This document shows, piece by piece, positions 17,929 to 26,693 of a stretch of 32,865 nt of DNA (position 1 is the first letter of the stretch; each line of letters starts with the position of its first letter). A model generated the notes under the pieces. The model was given only the letters and a program-made list of their open reading frames with translations, made no database searches and was not told the origin of the DNA. This stretch comes from a bacterium (lineage in GTDB: Bacteria > Zhuqueibacterota > Zhuqueibacteria > Oceanimicrobiales > Oceanimicrobiaceae), in NCBI GenBank assembly GCA_046757525.1, contig JBHHYI010000030.1, positions 1-32,865 of the forward strand, given 5' to 3'. The translations under genes and the position numbers were made by a program.

Positions 17929-18993
17929 TCAGAATCGAAATCCTAATGTGAACCACTGGTTGTTGTCAAATAACCTGGTAACCCGATAGGCATAATCAAA
18001 ACTGAACTTCATGGACTTGCCAAGATTCAAGTTAACGCCGCCGCCAAAAGAGGGTCCCCAGATAAAATTGCTTTCGTCTGTGGTTCGAAATTTGTTTGCG
18101 TCGCTGTCGTAGGCCAGGACGTAGCTTCCCCTGAGAAAGACCATGTTGTTGTAGCTGTACTCGGCACCGACCCGGTACTGGTCCAGAGCGAAATTGTTGT
18201 TCATAAAGGCACCCATGATGGTCAAGTTGTTCATCTCGCCCATGCCATGGTTGTAAGATATGCCAATCTCAAAGGAAGAAGGCAGCTCAAAACTCTGAAG
18301 CGGGATGCGGAGATTCTCGCCCTCAGTGTCCGGCCGTTGGGAGATGTCTTTGGTAAATATCTCTAAATCTCCCCCGTTGAATTTCATGTTAGGCCCTAAA
18401 TTCTTCACAGCAACACCGAAGCCGATTCCCATTCCGGTCATGTACTGGAGGCCGAAATCGACCGCGATTCCGGTGGCAGTTTCTCTCATGATTTGCTCAG
18501 AAATCCCTTTCACATTGATCCCGAAATTTATCCTGTCCGTCATGGCGCGGGCATAGGTAATGCCAAATGTGAGGAAAGTCGGTGAAAAGTTTTCTCCTGT
18601 GCCATCCGGGCTTTCATTGGTGGTTACCGCCACGTTGCCAAAATCAATGGATTTGATGCTGAAGCCCAAGGCGCCAAAATTGCCGGGCTTGAACTTACCC
18701 GCCACATAGTTGACATTCAAATCTGCGATGTATTTCATGTGCGAAACCATAACCGCAGCGGCATCCGGGCTGGCCGCCAGACCGGCCGGATTCCAGTGAA
18801 TGGCTTCGATCCCAGCCACATTGGCAAGGTCTGCGCCACCCAATGCCGTGCCCACCGATCCTACCGGAATCAGCAATTCGAGAGCGCCCGCTGTGCCGGT
18901 CCGTTTTCCTGTACCGGCAAACGATTGGGTGACGAGTAAGAGAACGGCCACAAGCAGGGCGCAACCACCGATTAAACTCTTGTTGATTGTCAT
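17929..18993 (-). CDS. PorV/PorQ-family outer-membrane beta-barrel
   Basis: Signal peptide; GTAGALELLIPVG...ALGGA......AIHWNPAGL; DFGLQY; G.AVKNLG; terminal Phe (TLGFRF). ATG at 18993 with GGAG RBS. Confidence 0.9.
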   Translation of the reverse strand: MTINKSLIGGCALLVAVLLLVTQSFAGTGKRTGTAGALELLIPVGSVGTALGGADLANVAGIEAIHWNPAGLAASPDAAAVMVSHMKYIADLNVNYVAGKFKPGNFGALGFSIKSIDFGNVAVTTNESPDGTGENFSPTFLTFGITYARAMTDRINFGINVKGISEQIMRETATGIAVDFGLQYMTGMGIGFGVAVKNLGPNMKFNGGDLEIFTKDISQRPDTEGENLRIPLQSFELPSSFEIGISYNHGMGEMNNLTIMGAFMNNNFALDQYRVGAEYSYNNMVFLRGSYVLAYDSDANKFRTTDESNFIWGPSFGGGVNLNLGKSMKFSFDYAYRVTRLFDNNQWFTLGFRF

Positions 18994-19099
18994 GGCTAAG
19001 TCTCCTTTATTAATCCGTTTGTTCAACCTTGGAAAATGGTTCTTGGCTCACCTGCCAAAGCCGTCCCGGACCGAAAGTTCCTCCAGGACGGCTATTGGA

Positions 19100-20419
19100 T
19101 TAGAACTTGTCCAACCTCTCTTCTGGCATAAATATGGCAGCCTTGAGCACTTTTTGCCCCAATTCCTTCATGTCCACGTGAATGAGATACATGCCGCTTG
19201 CCACCGGCACATCCTGGTCGTTGCGCAAATCCCAATAAGCGATCTGCGTTCCCAGGGTACCTTGCTGCTGCCTGACCCCGTCATCGATGGTTTTGATGAT
19301 ATCACCGGCAAGGGTGAACACCCTGATGGTAACATTGCTGCCGGGCAAGTGCGTAATCGTCACGAACCGGTTGACCGGGTCTATCTCGGCAGGGTTTTGA
19401 CCGAAGTAAGGATTGGGAAAGATGTTGACCAACTGAGCGGCTGCTACGGCGTCTGTTTGAGTGGCAAGGGCCTGGTAGTCCTGGGTGCTGAACGTGAACA
19501 CATCGTTGACCGAATTGGGCTTGGTGGTGACAAAGCGAATGGTTGTTCCCGGAGGTGGCGGTGCACCGTCGCCGTCGTTCCAAAAAGCGCCCAGCGACAG
19601 GGTGGAGTCGCAAAAGACCAGGTCGTCGTTAGAATCGCCCAAATCGATGTCGAACCAGAGACCGATAAAGGCATCTTTGAGGGTGTTCTCACCTTTGTTC
19701 ACCAGCAAGAACTTCATAAACATCATGTCGCCGAAGGCATCCGGCCGGTTGAAGACCCACACGGTATTCTGGACTTCCAGGCCAATGGGTGCGGTGCCGA
19801 ACAACGTGTGGTTGCCCGGATTGGCATCGTTGTAGACCATCCACAGCATCTGGTCGCCAATCATGTCCGGGATGCGCTTGCCGGAAGGACTCAGGATGGG
19901 CTGTCCGTTGGCGTCTCTTTTGATGGGCGCGCCAAGCTGGTAGAGATCGTTAATCCAGGCACCGTAGTCGGGATTGCTAAAGCCTTCATCCAGAAGATCG
20001 GCTTTGGTGATTTTCAAGATTTGATGCCTGGGATCGTTTGGATCTTCGGGTGTGCCATCAGGTCTGATATTTCCGGGTTGGTATTCGTAGGTATATTCAG
20101 CCGCGGCGGTGTGGATTTTGTCGTTGACCAGGCCGGCAACCCAAATCCCTGAAGCAAAATCGACGGAATGCCCACTCTGGCCCGGCCACTGCATGCCGAA
20201 GCCAATGGGATTGTTGTGGGTGCACCAGGCACCGCGATTGTTGATGTAGTCAAAGATACGATTGCCGTCCACCGTTTCCAAATCGACGACAGCCGTCTTG
20301 TCAAGCCTTGGGCCCCTGAGCTTGCCACCGTCTGGTTCCCTGGCGTCCAGCGAGTAACTCAGCAGCAGAGTAATGACGGCCGTAATCAGGGGCAAATGGA
20401 AATAGGATATTCTTCTCAT
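19100..20419 (-). CDS. Secreted protein with C-terminal FlgD-Ig/T9SS type A-like sorting domain, possibly internally deleted
   Basis: ATG 20419 after AGGAGA, then a signal peptide; N-terminal WP......FASGIWVAG and PDMIGDQMLW region; C-terminal IFPNPY...IRVFTLAGDIIKTI...WDLRN.....ASGMYLIHV. Confidence 0.85.
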   Translation of the reverse strand: MRRISYFHLPLITAVITLLLSYSLDAREPDGGKLRGPRLDKTAVVDLETVDGNRIFDYINNRGAWCTHNNPIGFGMQWPGQSGHSVDFASGIWVAGLVNDKIHTAAAEYTYEYQPGNIRPDGTPEDPNDPRHQILKITKADLLDEGFSNPDYGAWINDLYQLGAPIKRDANGQPILSPSGKRIPDMIGDQMLWMVYNDANPGNHTLFGTAPIGLEVQNTVWVFNRPDAFGDMMFMKFLLVNKGENTLKDAFIGLWFDIDLGDSNDDLVFCDSTLSLGAFWNDGDGAPPPPGTTIRFVTTKPNSVNDVFTFSTQDYQALATQTDAVAAAQLVNIFPNPYFGQNPAEIDPVNRFVTITHLPGSNVTIRVFTLAGDIIKTIDDGVRQQQGTLGTQIAYWDLRNDQDVPVASGMYLIHVDMKELGQKVLKAAIFMPEERLDKF

Positions 20420-20526
20420 AACCGTCTCCTTTCTAAGATTTATGAACCTCTTAGCTCTTATTGGGCGGAGGCCCGGATTATTTCTGGCCTTCGCCCAATG
20501 TTCGTCCATTACGCGTTGGTTCTGGT

Positions 20527-23500
20527 CTACATATTGAATTGCAAACCAAAACGAATCTGGCGCGGTGGCCCGACCATATTGGGGTTGCGCAGCATAAACT
20601 TGTAAAGCGCAACGCCGTTGGCTCCCCAGGTTCGGGCAAAGCTCTGACCCGCAACCGTGTCCAGGTAGCCATCGTTGTCCGGCTCCCCGGTCTCCGGATA
20701 AACATAGACCGCGTTCAAAGCATTGGTCACGTTGATGATCCACAAATACGTGGTCAAATTGGTGGGACCGAAGTCAAAAGTTTTCTCCAGTTTCATGTCC
20801 AACTGGTAGGTCCACGGACCCGTTGCCGAGCCCACCTGACCGATGGGGAAGTAGCCAGCCGTGCCGCCCAGCACCTCGGTCTGCACTCGCACCGGGGTGT
20901 AGGACAGCCCGCTTCCGAAGGTAAACAACAGGTTCAGTCCCATGTTGGCCAGAATCTTGCTGCCGAGAAAAGTTGGGCCGTCATCGCGCCTGGTGCGAAA
21001 ATCCACATCAAAGGAGCCTGTGTGCCGCTGATCGAAGTCCAACGGAGCCACAAAAGTAGGCACCCGACCCTGCTGCCAGGCGATGTTAAAAAACGTATTG
21101 GCATCGCTGCCCGTTCCGGCGGCATACTGCAGCGTGTAGTTGGCCGTAGCAGAAATGCGATTGGTCCGGCGCAAGTTGAATGTGAAAGCCAAACCTTTAA
21201 CCGTGCCGTAGTCCTTGTTGGTGTAAATGGCGTACGGAACCGGCTTGGCAAAATTCAGGTTGGTGAGCCGCACATAATTTCGGATTTCTTTGTAATATCC
21301 GGTGACATCCAAAGCGGCATTGTCTCCCAATTGCTGGCGAAAACCAATTTCATAGGCAGTGGTGCGAATCGGCTCCAAATTTGGGTTCTGCATGGTGAAA
21401 AAGTTGCCGGAGTCCAGTGAAAAAGCGTAGTTGAAGGTAGAAACGTACAGCCTGTTTAGCTCAGGCGTCTGCACAAACTTACCATACTGGGCATGGAACA
21501 CGGTGCGGTCCGAGACCGGATAGGAAAATCCGAGTCGAGGGCTAAGGCTCGAGCGCGTCTTTTTGGGGACAAAGTTCTCTGCGGCCAGGTCGGAGATGCC
21601 CCCCATGGCCTCGTTGGTTTGCGTGATGACATTCTCAACATCTTTGAAGCCATCGTAGGCCGGGTCAAAATAATCCCAGCGCAGCCCCAGGTTGAGCACC
21701 AGGTCTGCAAACTCGATCTTGTCCTGCAAATAAAATGCAGCGATTTTGGGATGCTTGGCGGCATTTCGACCTGCCTGGGCGTCGGATATTTTTCTTCCAA
21801 AGATGTCGTAGCCAAAAGCGTCGGCAAACCGAATCTGGTAAGCTTGCTCTGCGGTAAAATTAGGCCCTACTTGTGCCAAACTTTGGGCAAGGGAGTGTAA
21901 ATCGGCCGCGCCATAACCGCCGATGCTGTAATTCCGGTAAGTATTGTAACGATATTCAAAGCCAGTCTTGATTTCATGTCGCCGCATTTGGTGCGTCAGA
22001 TCGGCTTTGGCACCCCAGAAGGTCCAGCTTTGTTTCCAATAATTACCGGGCTGGGTGCCGGCGCTGGCAAACAGATTGGCAGAACGCGGGTCCAGGGGTG
22101 GCTTGGTGCCCTCTTGCACGATGGCCGGATTGGTAATGCCATCTCCTTCCGGCCCGAATTCACCGATGTCGACGCCTGGCGCATCGCCAATATTCCAGAA
22201 TGCATCACCAAAGGCATTGCTCGAACGCACAGACTTATCCCGGAAATAATTTATTTGGGCGGTGTAAAAAGTGTTGGGTCCCAAAGTGTGGGTGGCCTTT
22301 AAGAAATAGGAGTCGCGCCAGTTCTTTTGCAAAGGATTGTTCTCGGAATTCCACAAGGAGAAACCTACTCCGGCGCCCACGGTGGTATTTTGAAAATCAG
22401 CTCCGGGGGCAAAACCGGCAAGCAAGCGCCGCTCTTCTCGTTGGGAGTTGCCTCCGATCTTCAAATACAAAGGCTTCAGGTCCACCGTGACATTGCCGTT
22501 CCAGAGCCACTGGTCCGAATCCCGGTGCGGCCAGGGCCCCTGCTCTTCCCATTGGTACAGCTTATAGCTCCCGTCTTGACCAGGGAAGGCATCTTCGACG
22601 TTGATTCCATATCTTGCCGTGGCCGAAGTGTCGCTAAAGGTGATGGGGTTGCCGTTGGCATCTAACGGGTTGCCCACTTTGTCCATCATGAGCTTGTTGA
22701 AGGCAAAGCCCGAGGGATTGCTGTCGGCAAGGTCTCTTCTTTCCAACCCGAAATACAACTTCACTTTCTTGCTCGCAAGGCCGGGAATGGGCCCGCTAAG
22801 ATTAATATTGTACACGTTGTACCCGTAAGAGTAGGCGCCTAAGAACTTACTGGTCTTGCTCAAGTAGCTGTCGGTGATGACCTCCCCTGAGACGTGGTAA
22901 TCGCTGCCACCGGTCTTAGTGGTGATGTTAATCACTCCAGAGTTGGCAAATCCGTACTCGGCGTTAAACCCGCCGGCCTGGTAGTTCACTTCCTCGATGG
23001 CCGTATTCGAAATATCGCCAGCGGCACGCCCGGTGAGGGGATTGTTTTGGTAGACACCATCCACATAGGTGGCAATCTCTTCCCGCCGGCCCCCGCGCAC
23101 GTACAGTCGCCCCCCGACGTTGGTGACGCCCGCTTCAACGCTGATAATATTTCGGAAGCCTCTGAGCGGTAATCTCCGAATCTCTTCTGCGGTCTTAATA
23201 CGAATCGTGTTGGTCGCGTTCTTGTTCACCAGGGGCCGTTCCGCCACGATGTTAATGGCCCCCAACTGAACCGCCTGCGTAGGCAGTTGGAAATCGACCT
23301 CGGTGGTGAGATCCTGGTGCACTCTGACATTGCTGATGCTTACTGACTGAAACCCGATGAAGCTGGCCTGGAGCGTGTAAGTGCCAACAGGAACGTTCAG
23401 AATCTTGTACTCACCGTTGACGTCTGAGGCCGCACCCATCGTGGTCCCTACAATCACCACATTGGCGCCAGGCAATCCCTCGCCGGTTTCCCGGTCGACC

Positions 23501-23589
23501 ACCTTGCCAGAAATCTTACCCACCGTTCCGGCCAGCAAACCGCCCGGCACAAAGAATACTACTGCTAAGAGTAAAATCTTCTTCAGCAT
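20527..23589 (-). CDS. TonB-dependent receptor with N-terminal carboxypeptidase-regulatory-like domain
   Basis: GKISGKVVD..TGEGLPGANV; plug YVRGGR...YVDG...GGFNAEYG...GVINITTKTG; barrel LNLGLRWDY, SPRLGFSYP, NPNLEP, PRQIRFGLQFNM; AAGGAGGTG RBS. Confidence 0.95.
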   Translation of the reverse strand: MLKKILLLAVVFFVPGGLLAGTVGKISGKVVDRETGEGLPGANVVIVGTTMGAASDVNGEYKILNVPVGTYTLQASFIGFQSVSISNVRVHQDLTTEVDFQLPTQAVQLGAINIVAERPLVNKNATNTIRIKTAEEIRRLPLRGFRNIISVEAGVTNVGGRLYVRGGRREEIATYVDGVYQNNPLTGRAAGDISNTAIEEVNYQAGGFNAEYGFANSGVINITTKTGGSDYHVSGEVITDSYLSKTSKFLGAYSYGYNVYNINLSGPIPGLASKKVKLYFGLERRDLADSNPSGFAFNKLMMDKVGNPLDANGNPITFSDTSATARYGINVEDAFPGQDGSYKLYQWEEQGPWPHRDSDQWLWNGNVTVDLKPLYLKIGGNSQREERRLLAGFAPGADFQNTTVGAGVGFSLWNSENNPLQKNWRDSYFLKATHTLGPNTFYTAQINYFRDKSVRSSNAFGDAFWNIGDAPGVDIGEFGPEGDGITNPAIVQEGTKPPLDPRSANLFASAGTQPGNYWKQSWTFWGAKADLTHQMRRHEIKTGFEYRYNTYRNYSIGGYGAADLHSLAQSLAQVGPNFTAEQAYQIRFADAFGYDIFGRKISDAQAGRNAAKHPKIAAFYLQDKIEFADLVLNLGLRWDYFDPAYDGFKDVENVITQTNEAMGGISDLAAENFVPKKTRSSLSPRLGFSYPVSDRTVFHAQYGKFVQTPELNRLYVSTFNYAFSLDSGNFFTMQNPNLEPIRTTAYEIGFRQQLGDNAALDVTGYYKEIRNYVRLTNLNFAKPVPYAIYTNKDYGTVKGLAFTFNLRRTNRISATANYTLQYAAGTGSDANTFFNIAWQQGRVPTFVAPLDFDQRHTGSFDVDFRTRRDDGPTFLGSKILANMGLNLLFTFGSGLSYTPVRVQTEVLGGTAGYFPIGQVGSATGPWTYQLDMKLEKTFDFGPTNLTTYLWIINVTNALNAVYVYPETGEPDNDGYLDTVAGQSFARTWGANGVALYKFMLRNPNMVGPPRQIRFGLQFNM

Positions 23590-23848
23590 ATTACACCTCC
23601 TTAAATACTTGAGTTGAATATCTGGTGACCGTCCAAACCTGAAATTTCAGGCAACTCTCGAGGACTTCGATCACCTGAATTCGCTTGAACTTCGATTCCG
23701 TTACGCCGTTGTCAAATTTCGTACCACACCACGTATGCCAAACAATGGCTCAAACCGTACGATTTTAAGTCTTTTATTATTAATTACTTTTCAACCTTTT
23801 TGTTGCGCTTCTTCAGACCCTGACCAAGGCGCGATGGGCGCACCGACC

Positions 23849-23932
23849 TGGCACCAGGTTCCAACCGGTTGCTTTGGGAATATCCTATGAGCTTGTTTTT
23901 CAAGGATTAGAAAAGCTGGAACTTAGTTCCAG
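23849..23932. promoter_or_regulatory. Paired dyad sites TGG(C/A)AC-N3-GTTCCA, putative enhancer/operator for the receptor cassette
   Basis: TGGCACCAGGTTCCA (23849-23863) and CTGGAACTTAGTTCCAG (23916-23932). Confidence 0.5.
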
Positions 23933-24109
23933 GCAGTCGGGGGGGAGCAAAAGGATTAAGGTGCTCGGCTCCGTCCACCATTACTAAACTCTGCCAAGTG
24001 AAGTAAAGGTGGACTAAGGTGTCTGCTCAATCTTGGAAGGGAAAAAAATGAGCTTCATTCAAATAATGCGGACTTTAGATAGGATCTATTTGGATTCTTT
24101 TTGGAGTAA

Positions 24110-24183
24110 CCCCAAAAAAACTGAGTTTTTCCGGTAACTTATTTTTCGTTAGTTAATGATCTTAAAAACTCAGTTTTTGAGGT
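24110..24183. repeat. Inverted repeat AAAAACTGAGTTTTT / AAAAACTCAGTTTTT
   Basis: Perfect 15-bp inverted pair with about 35 bp spacer; each arm is itself quasi-palindromic. Confidence 0.65.
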
Positions 24184-24280
24184 GAGCTAAGAACAACACT
24201 CTTGTAAGAAGGGGGGATATTGCGGTATTTCAGACCGTTCCAGAAGCGTTGCCGTTTTGTCATTTCAAGCCAGGCTCCTG

Positions 24281-24431
24281 CCCACAGGCGTCAACTTTAG
24301 GGGCGTCTAACCACCCTATTGTCATTTCGAACGTAGCGAAGCGTAGTCCAGCGGTCTGATTCAGGCATAGACCAGTCAGGCAGCCGCCTGACTCGAAATG
24401 ACAATTTGGGGGCTTAAGTGGACGCCTATGG
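24281..24431. mobile_element. MITE-like element of the same TIR family as 7017-7218
   Basis: CCCACAGGCGTCAACTTTAG ... CTTAAGTGGACGCCTATGG, with internal ATTGTCATTTCGA ... TCGAAATGACAAT. Confidence 0.7.
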
Positions 24432-24493
24432 ACCCCTGCAAAGGGTGGCGGATTGGACCGGTACGGATTGCTTAGCGTATTGCTCCCAAAGCC

Positions 24494-25576
24494 TTAGTTT
24501 CGGCTGAGACAATCAGCATTGCCCATTCGGTAGCGCACCAGCTTCTTGTCGATCCCTCTTCGGCTCAATCCAAGATATTTGGCGGCCGCCGTCTTATTAC
24601 CTTTAAACTTCCTTAATGCCTGGCACAGCAAATCTTTTTCTAAAGCCTCAACGGCTTCGTTCAGTCTGCCCTTGCCAGCCTGACCGTCCGAACCGTGTTT
24701 GCATTGCAACACATTGTCCGAAAGCAAATCGTGCGTTATGTTTTCCACCTCTCTTGGCAGAAGGCTAACTATTCTCTCAATTTCATTTTCCAGTTCCCGT
24801 ACATTGCCAGGCCAGGAGTAGCTCAGCAAATAACTCATCGTTTTTTGTGTGAGCTTCTTAACCGGCTTGTCTTGCTCGAGGCAGGACTTCTTGACAAAAT
24901 GATTCGCTAATAATGGGATGTCTTCTTTTCTGTCTCTCAAGGGAGGCAAATCGATGGGGAACACGTAAATCCGGTAGTAAAGGTCTTCCCGAAAATTTCC
25001 TCGCCTTACCTCTTCCTTTAGATCCTGGTTGGTGGCAAAAATGAACCTGCAATTCGCAACCACGGTTTTGGTCCCCCCTACCCTTTCGAAGTTCTTTTCC
25101 TGAAGAACTCGCAACAATTTAGCTTGTAACTCCCTGGGCATACAGTTGATGTCGTCGAAGAAGACGGTGCCGGCACCGGCGATTTCCAGCTTCCCCGGTG
25201 CCCTTTTGAACGCCCCGGTGAAGGCGCCCTTCTCATGGCCAAACAGTTCGTTTTCCATGAGTTCCCGTGGAATGGCGGCGCAATCCACAACAACGAAAGG
25301 AAACTCGGCGCGCGGGCTCCTCTGGTGCAACTGTCGCGCCACCAAATCTTTGCCGGTTCCGGTTTCACCCGTAATCAACACGGTGCAACCGTTTTGCGAC
25401 GCACTATCCATGACTCGAAACACCTCTTGCATGGCTCGTGACTTACCTATCATGAACTCCGAACGGTATTGAGCGCTCAACGGCGAGGAATCTCTCTGGT
25501 TGGGCTTGAAAACTGCTTGCCGTGACTGGCACCCGGTTGCAAACGAATTGAGTGATTCGATACCATTTTTGCTCAT
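24494..25576 (-). CDS. Sigma-54-dependent transcriptional activator lacking an N-terminal sensor domain
   Basis: GETGTGKD, ENELFGHEKGAFTGA, FFDDI, FREDLYYRI, WPGNVRELEN and a Fis HTH. Only about 40 aa precede the AAA+ domain; AAGGAG RBS. Confidence 0.95.
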   Translation of the reverse strand: MSKNGIESLNSFATGCQSRQAVFKPNQRDSSPLSAQYRSEFMIGKSRAMQEVFRVMDSASQNGCTVLITGETGTGKDLVARQLHQRSPRAEFPFVVVDCAAIPRELMENELFGHEKGAFTGAFKRAPGKLEIAGAGTVFFDDINCMPRELQAKLLRVLQEKNFERVGGTKTVVANCRFIFATNQDLKEEVRRGNFREDLYYRIYVFPIDLPPLRDRKEDIPLLANHFVKKSCLEQDKPVKKLTQKTMSYLLSYSWPGNVRELENEIERIVSLLPREVENITHDLLSDNVLQCKHGSDGQAGKGRLNEAVEALEKDLLCQALRKFKGNKTAAAKYLGLSRRGIDKKLVRYRMGNADCLSRN

Positions 25577-25896
25577 ACTCCTTTACCTCACTTAAAGTCC
25601 GTAAACAAAAGACCCTCGTAGACTTTTTGCTTAACATGAAGTCTACCAAACTGAAAAAGTTGTATTTTGGAATTCGCTGAAATTGCTTGCACAGAGCAGC
25701 CCAATTCCTTCAGCCTGAAGCCCGAGGTCCTGCGTGCAATCTGCGGGTTGATGCGTTGAAATCTCAAAGTTGCATTTCAGAGATGTTACTGCGTGAACTT
25801 GGCCCGTGTCACTTTAGCATTCTAAGAAAATTACTTTCTTAGCCGCTACCCCATGCAAGTATCTTCAATTCATACCATTTTGTCTGGTTTGAGTTT

Positions 25897-25912
25897 TGCA
25901 ATAATGGTGCCA
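25897..25912 (-). promoter_or_regulatory. Sigma-54 (-24/-12) promoter directed toward the activator and receptor cassette
   Basis: Minus strand TGGCACCATTATTGCA, a near-perfect TGGCAC-N5-TTGCA consensus. Confidence 0.8.
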
Positions 25913-26020
25913 ACAGTTCCTTAGTAAACTACAACAAACCAGGCGGTCTGTAATTTATTAATTCCTTGCTATTTGCAGACCCCTGTTTTTCTAGCGTAGA
26001 AATGTCACAGTCAACCGAAG

Positions 26021-26057
26021 GTGCAAAATTATTCACAGCCAGAACAGGTTTTTGCAC
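26021..26057. promoter_or_regulatory. Putative upstream activator sequence for the leftward sigma-54 promoter
   Basis: Inverted GTGCAAAA...TTTTGCAC about 110-145 bp upstream, with an AT-rich tract near 25951-25965 between it and the promoter. Confidence 0.4.
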
Positions 26058-26150
26058 AAAGCGAAAACAGCCCGTATTTGCTCAACCATGAAATCCCATC
26101 TGAAGGTTTCCAAGGCGAAACCAGGATCGTCCTGATGAGACGTACTATTC

Positions 26151-26187
26151 TGCAACTGTTGCATCCTATAAGTTGCAGAACCGCAAC
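26151..26187. promoter_or_regulatory. Putative upstream activator sequences for the rightward sigma-54 promoter
   Basis: Dyads TGCAACTGTTGCA and GTTGCAGAACCGCAAC, followed by an IHF-like AT tract at 26236-26258. Confidence 0.5.
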
Positions 26188-26276
26188 CATTCGCTTTGAC
26201 CAACTTCATATTTCTACTCATATTTTCCAGGGCCATTTATTTAATTATAAATAACTTGTCCAAGCTTGACAATCTT

Positions 26277-26291
26277 TGGTCTGTATTTTGC
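26277..26291 (+). promoter_or_regulatory. Sigma-54 (-24/-12) promoter for the NifB/NifX-like operon
   Basis: TGGTCTGTATTTTGC has the correct GG-N10-GC spacing and ends 32 bp upstream of ATG 26324. Confidence 0.6.
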
Positions 26292-26323
26292 CGTGCTTGA
26301 ACTTGGGAAATAACTCATACGAA

Positions 26324-26671
26324 ATGAAAATAATAGCTATACCGATTTTCGGGACACGGGTCTCTTCCCGTTTTGATTGTGCCGACAATCTTCTGGTAGT
26401 GACATCAGAGAAAGGAAAGGTGAATCGGGTGGAGCGAGTGAGTTTTGTGCAAGCTAATCCTTTGGAGAGAATCAACATGTTAGCCCAGTTGGGAACCGAT
26501 GTGGTAATCTGTGGGGGGCTTACGGAAACTTGCGCCAACAAACTCAGCGATTGTCACATTCAGGTTATTCCCTGGGTTCGTGGGGAAGCAGAGGAAGTGG
26601 TGCAGCAGTTCTTGCACGGCAAGCTGACCAATCACAAGGCCGACAAAGGACCCAGTCAGTTGCAAATTTAA
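26324..26671 (+). CDS. NifB/NifX-family (dinitrogenase FeMo-cofactor biosynthesis domain) protein
   Basis: IAIPIFGTRVSSRFDCA, DVVICGG, V..G.AEEVV..FL.G.L; 115 aa from ATG 26324. Confidence 0.85.
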   Translation: MKIIAIPIFGTRVSSRFDCADNLLVVTSEKGKVNRVERVSFVQANPLERINMLAQLGTDVVICGGLTETCANKLSDCHIQVIPWVRGEAEEVVQQFLHGKLTNHKADKGPSQLQI

Positions 26672-26693
26672 CATTCAATGAGGAGATCCTATC

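Noticed and set aside
20420..20743. N-terminal extension of the 547-aa ORF
   Set aside because: It overlaps the receptor 3' end; the RBS and signal peptide support a start at 20419.
18800..21420. Long plus-strand ORFs of 450 aa and 319 aa
   Set aside because: Antisense shadows of well-supported minus-strand genes, with no domain motifs.
26324..26671. Nitrogen fixation inferred from the NifB/NifX domain
   Set aside because: The family is common in non-diazotrophs and no nifHDK is present.
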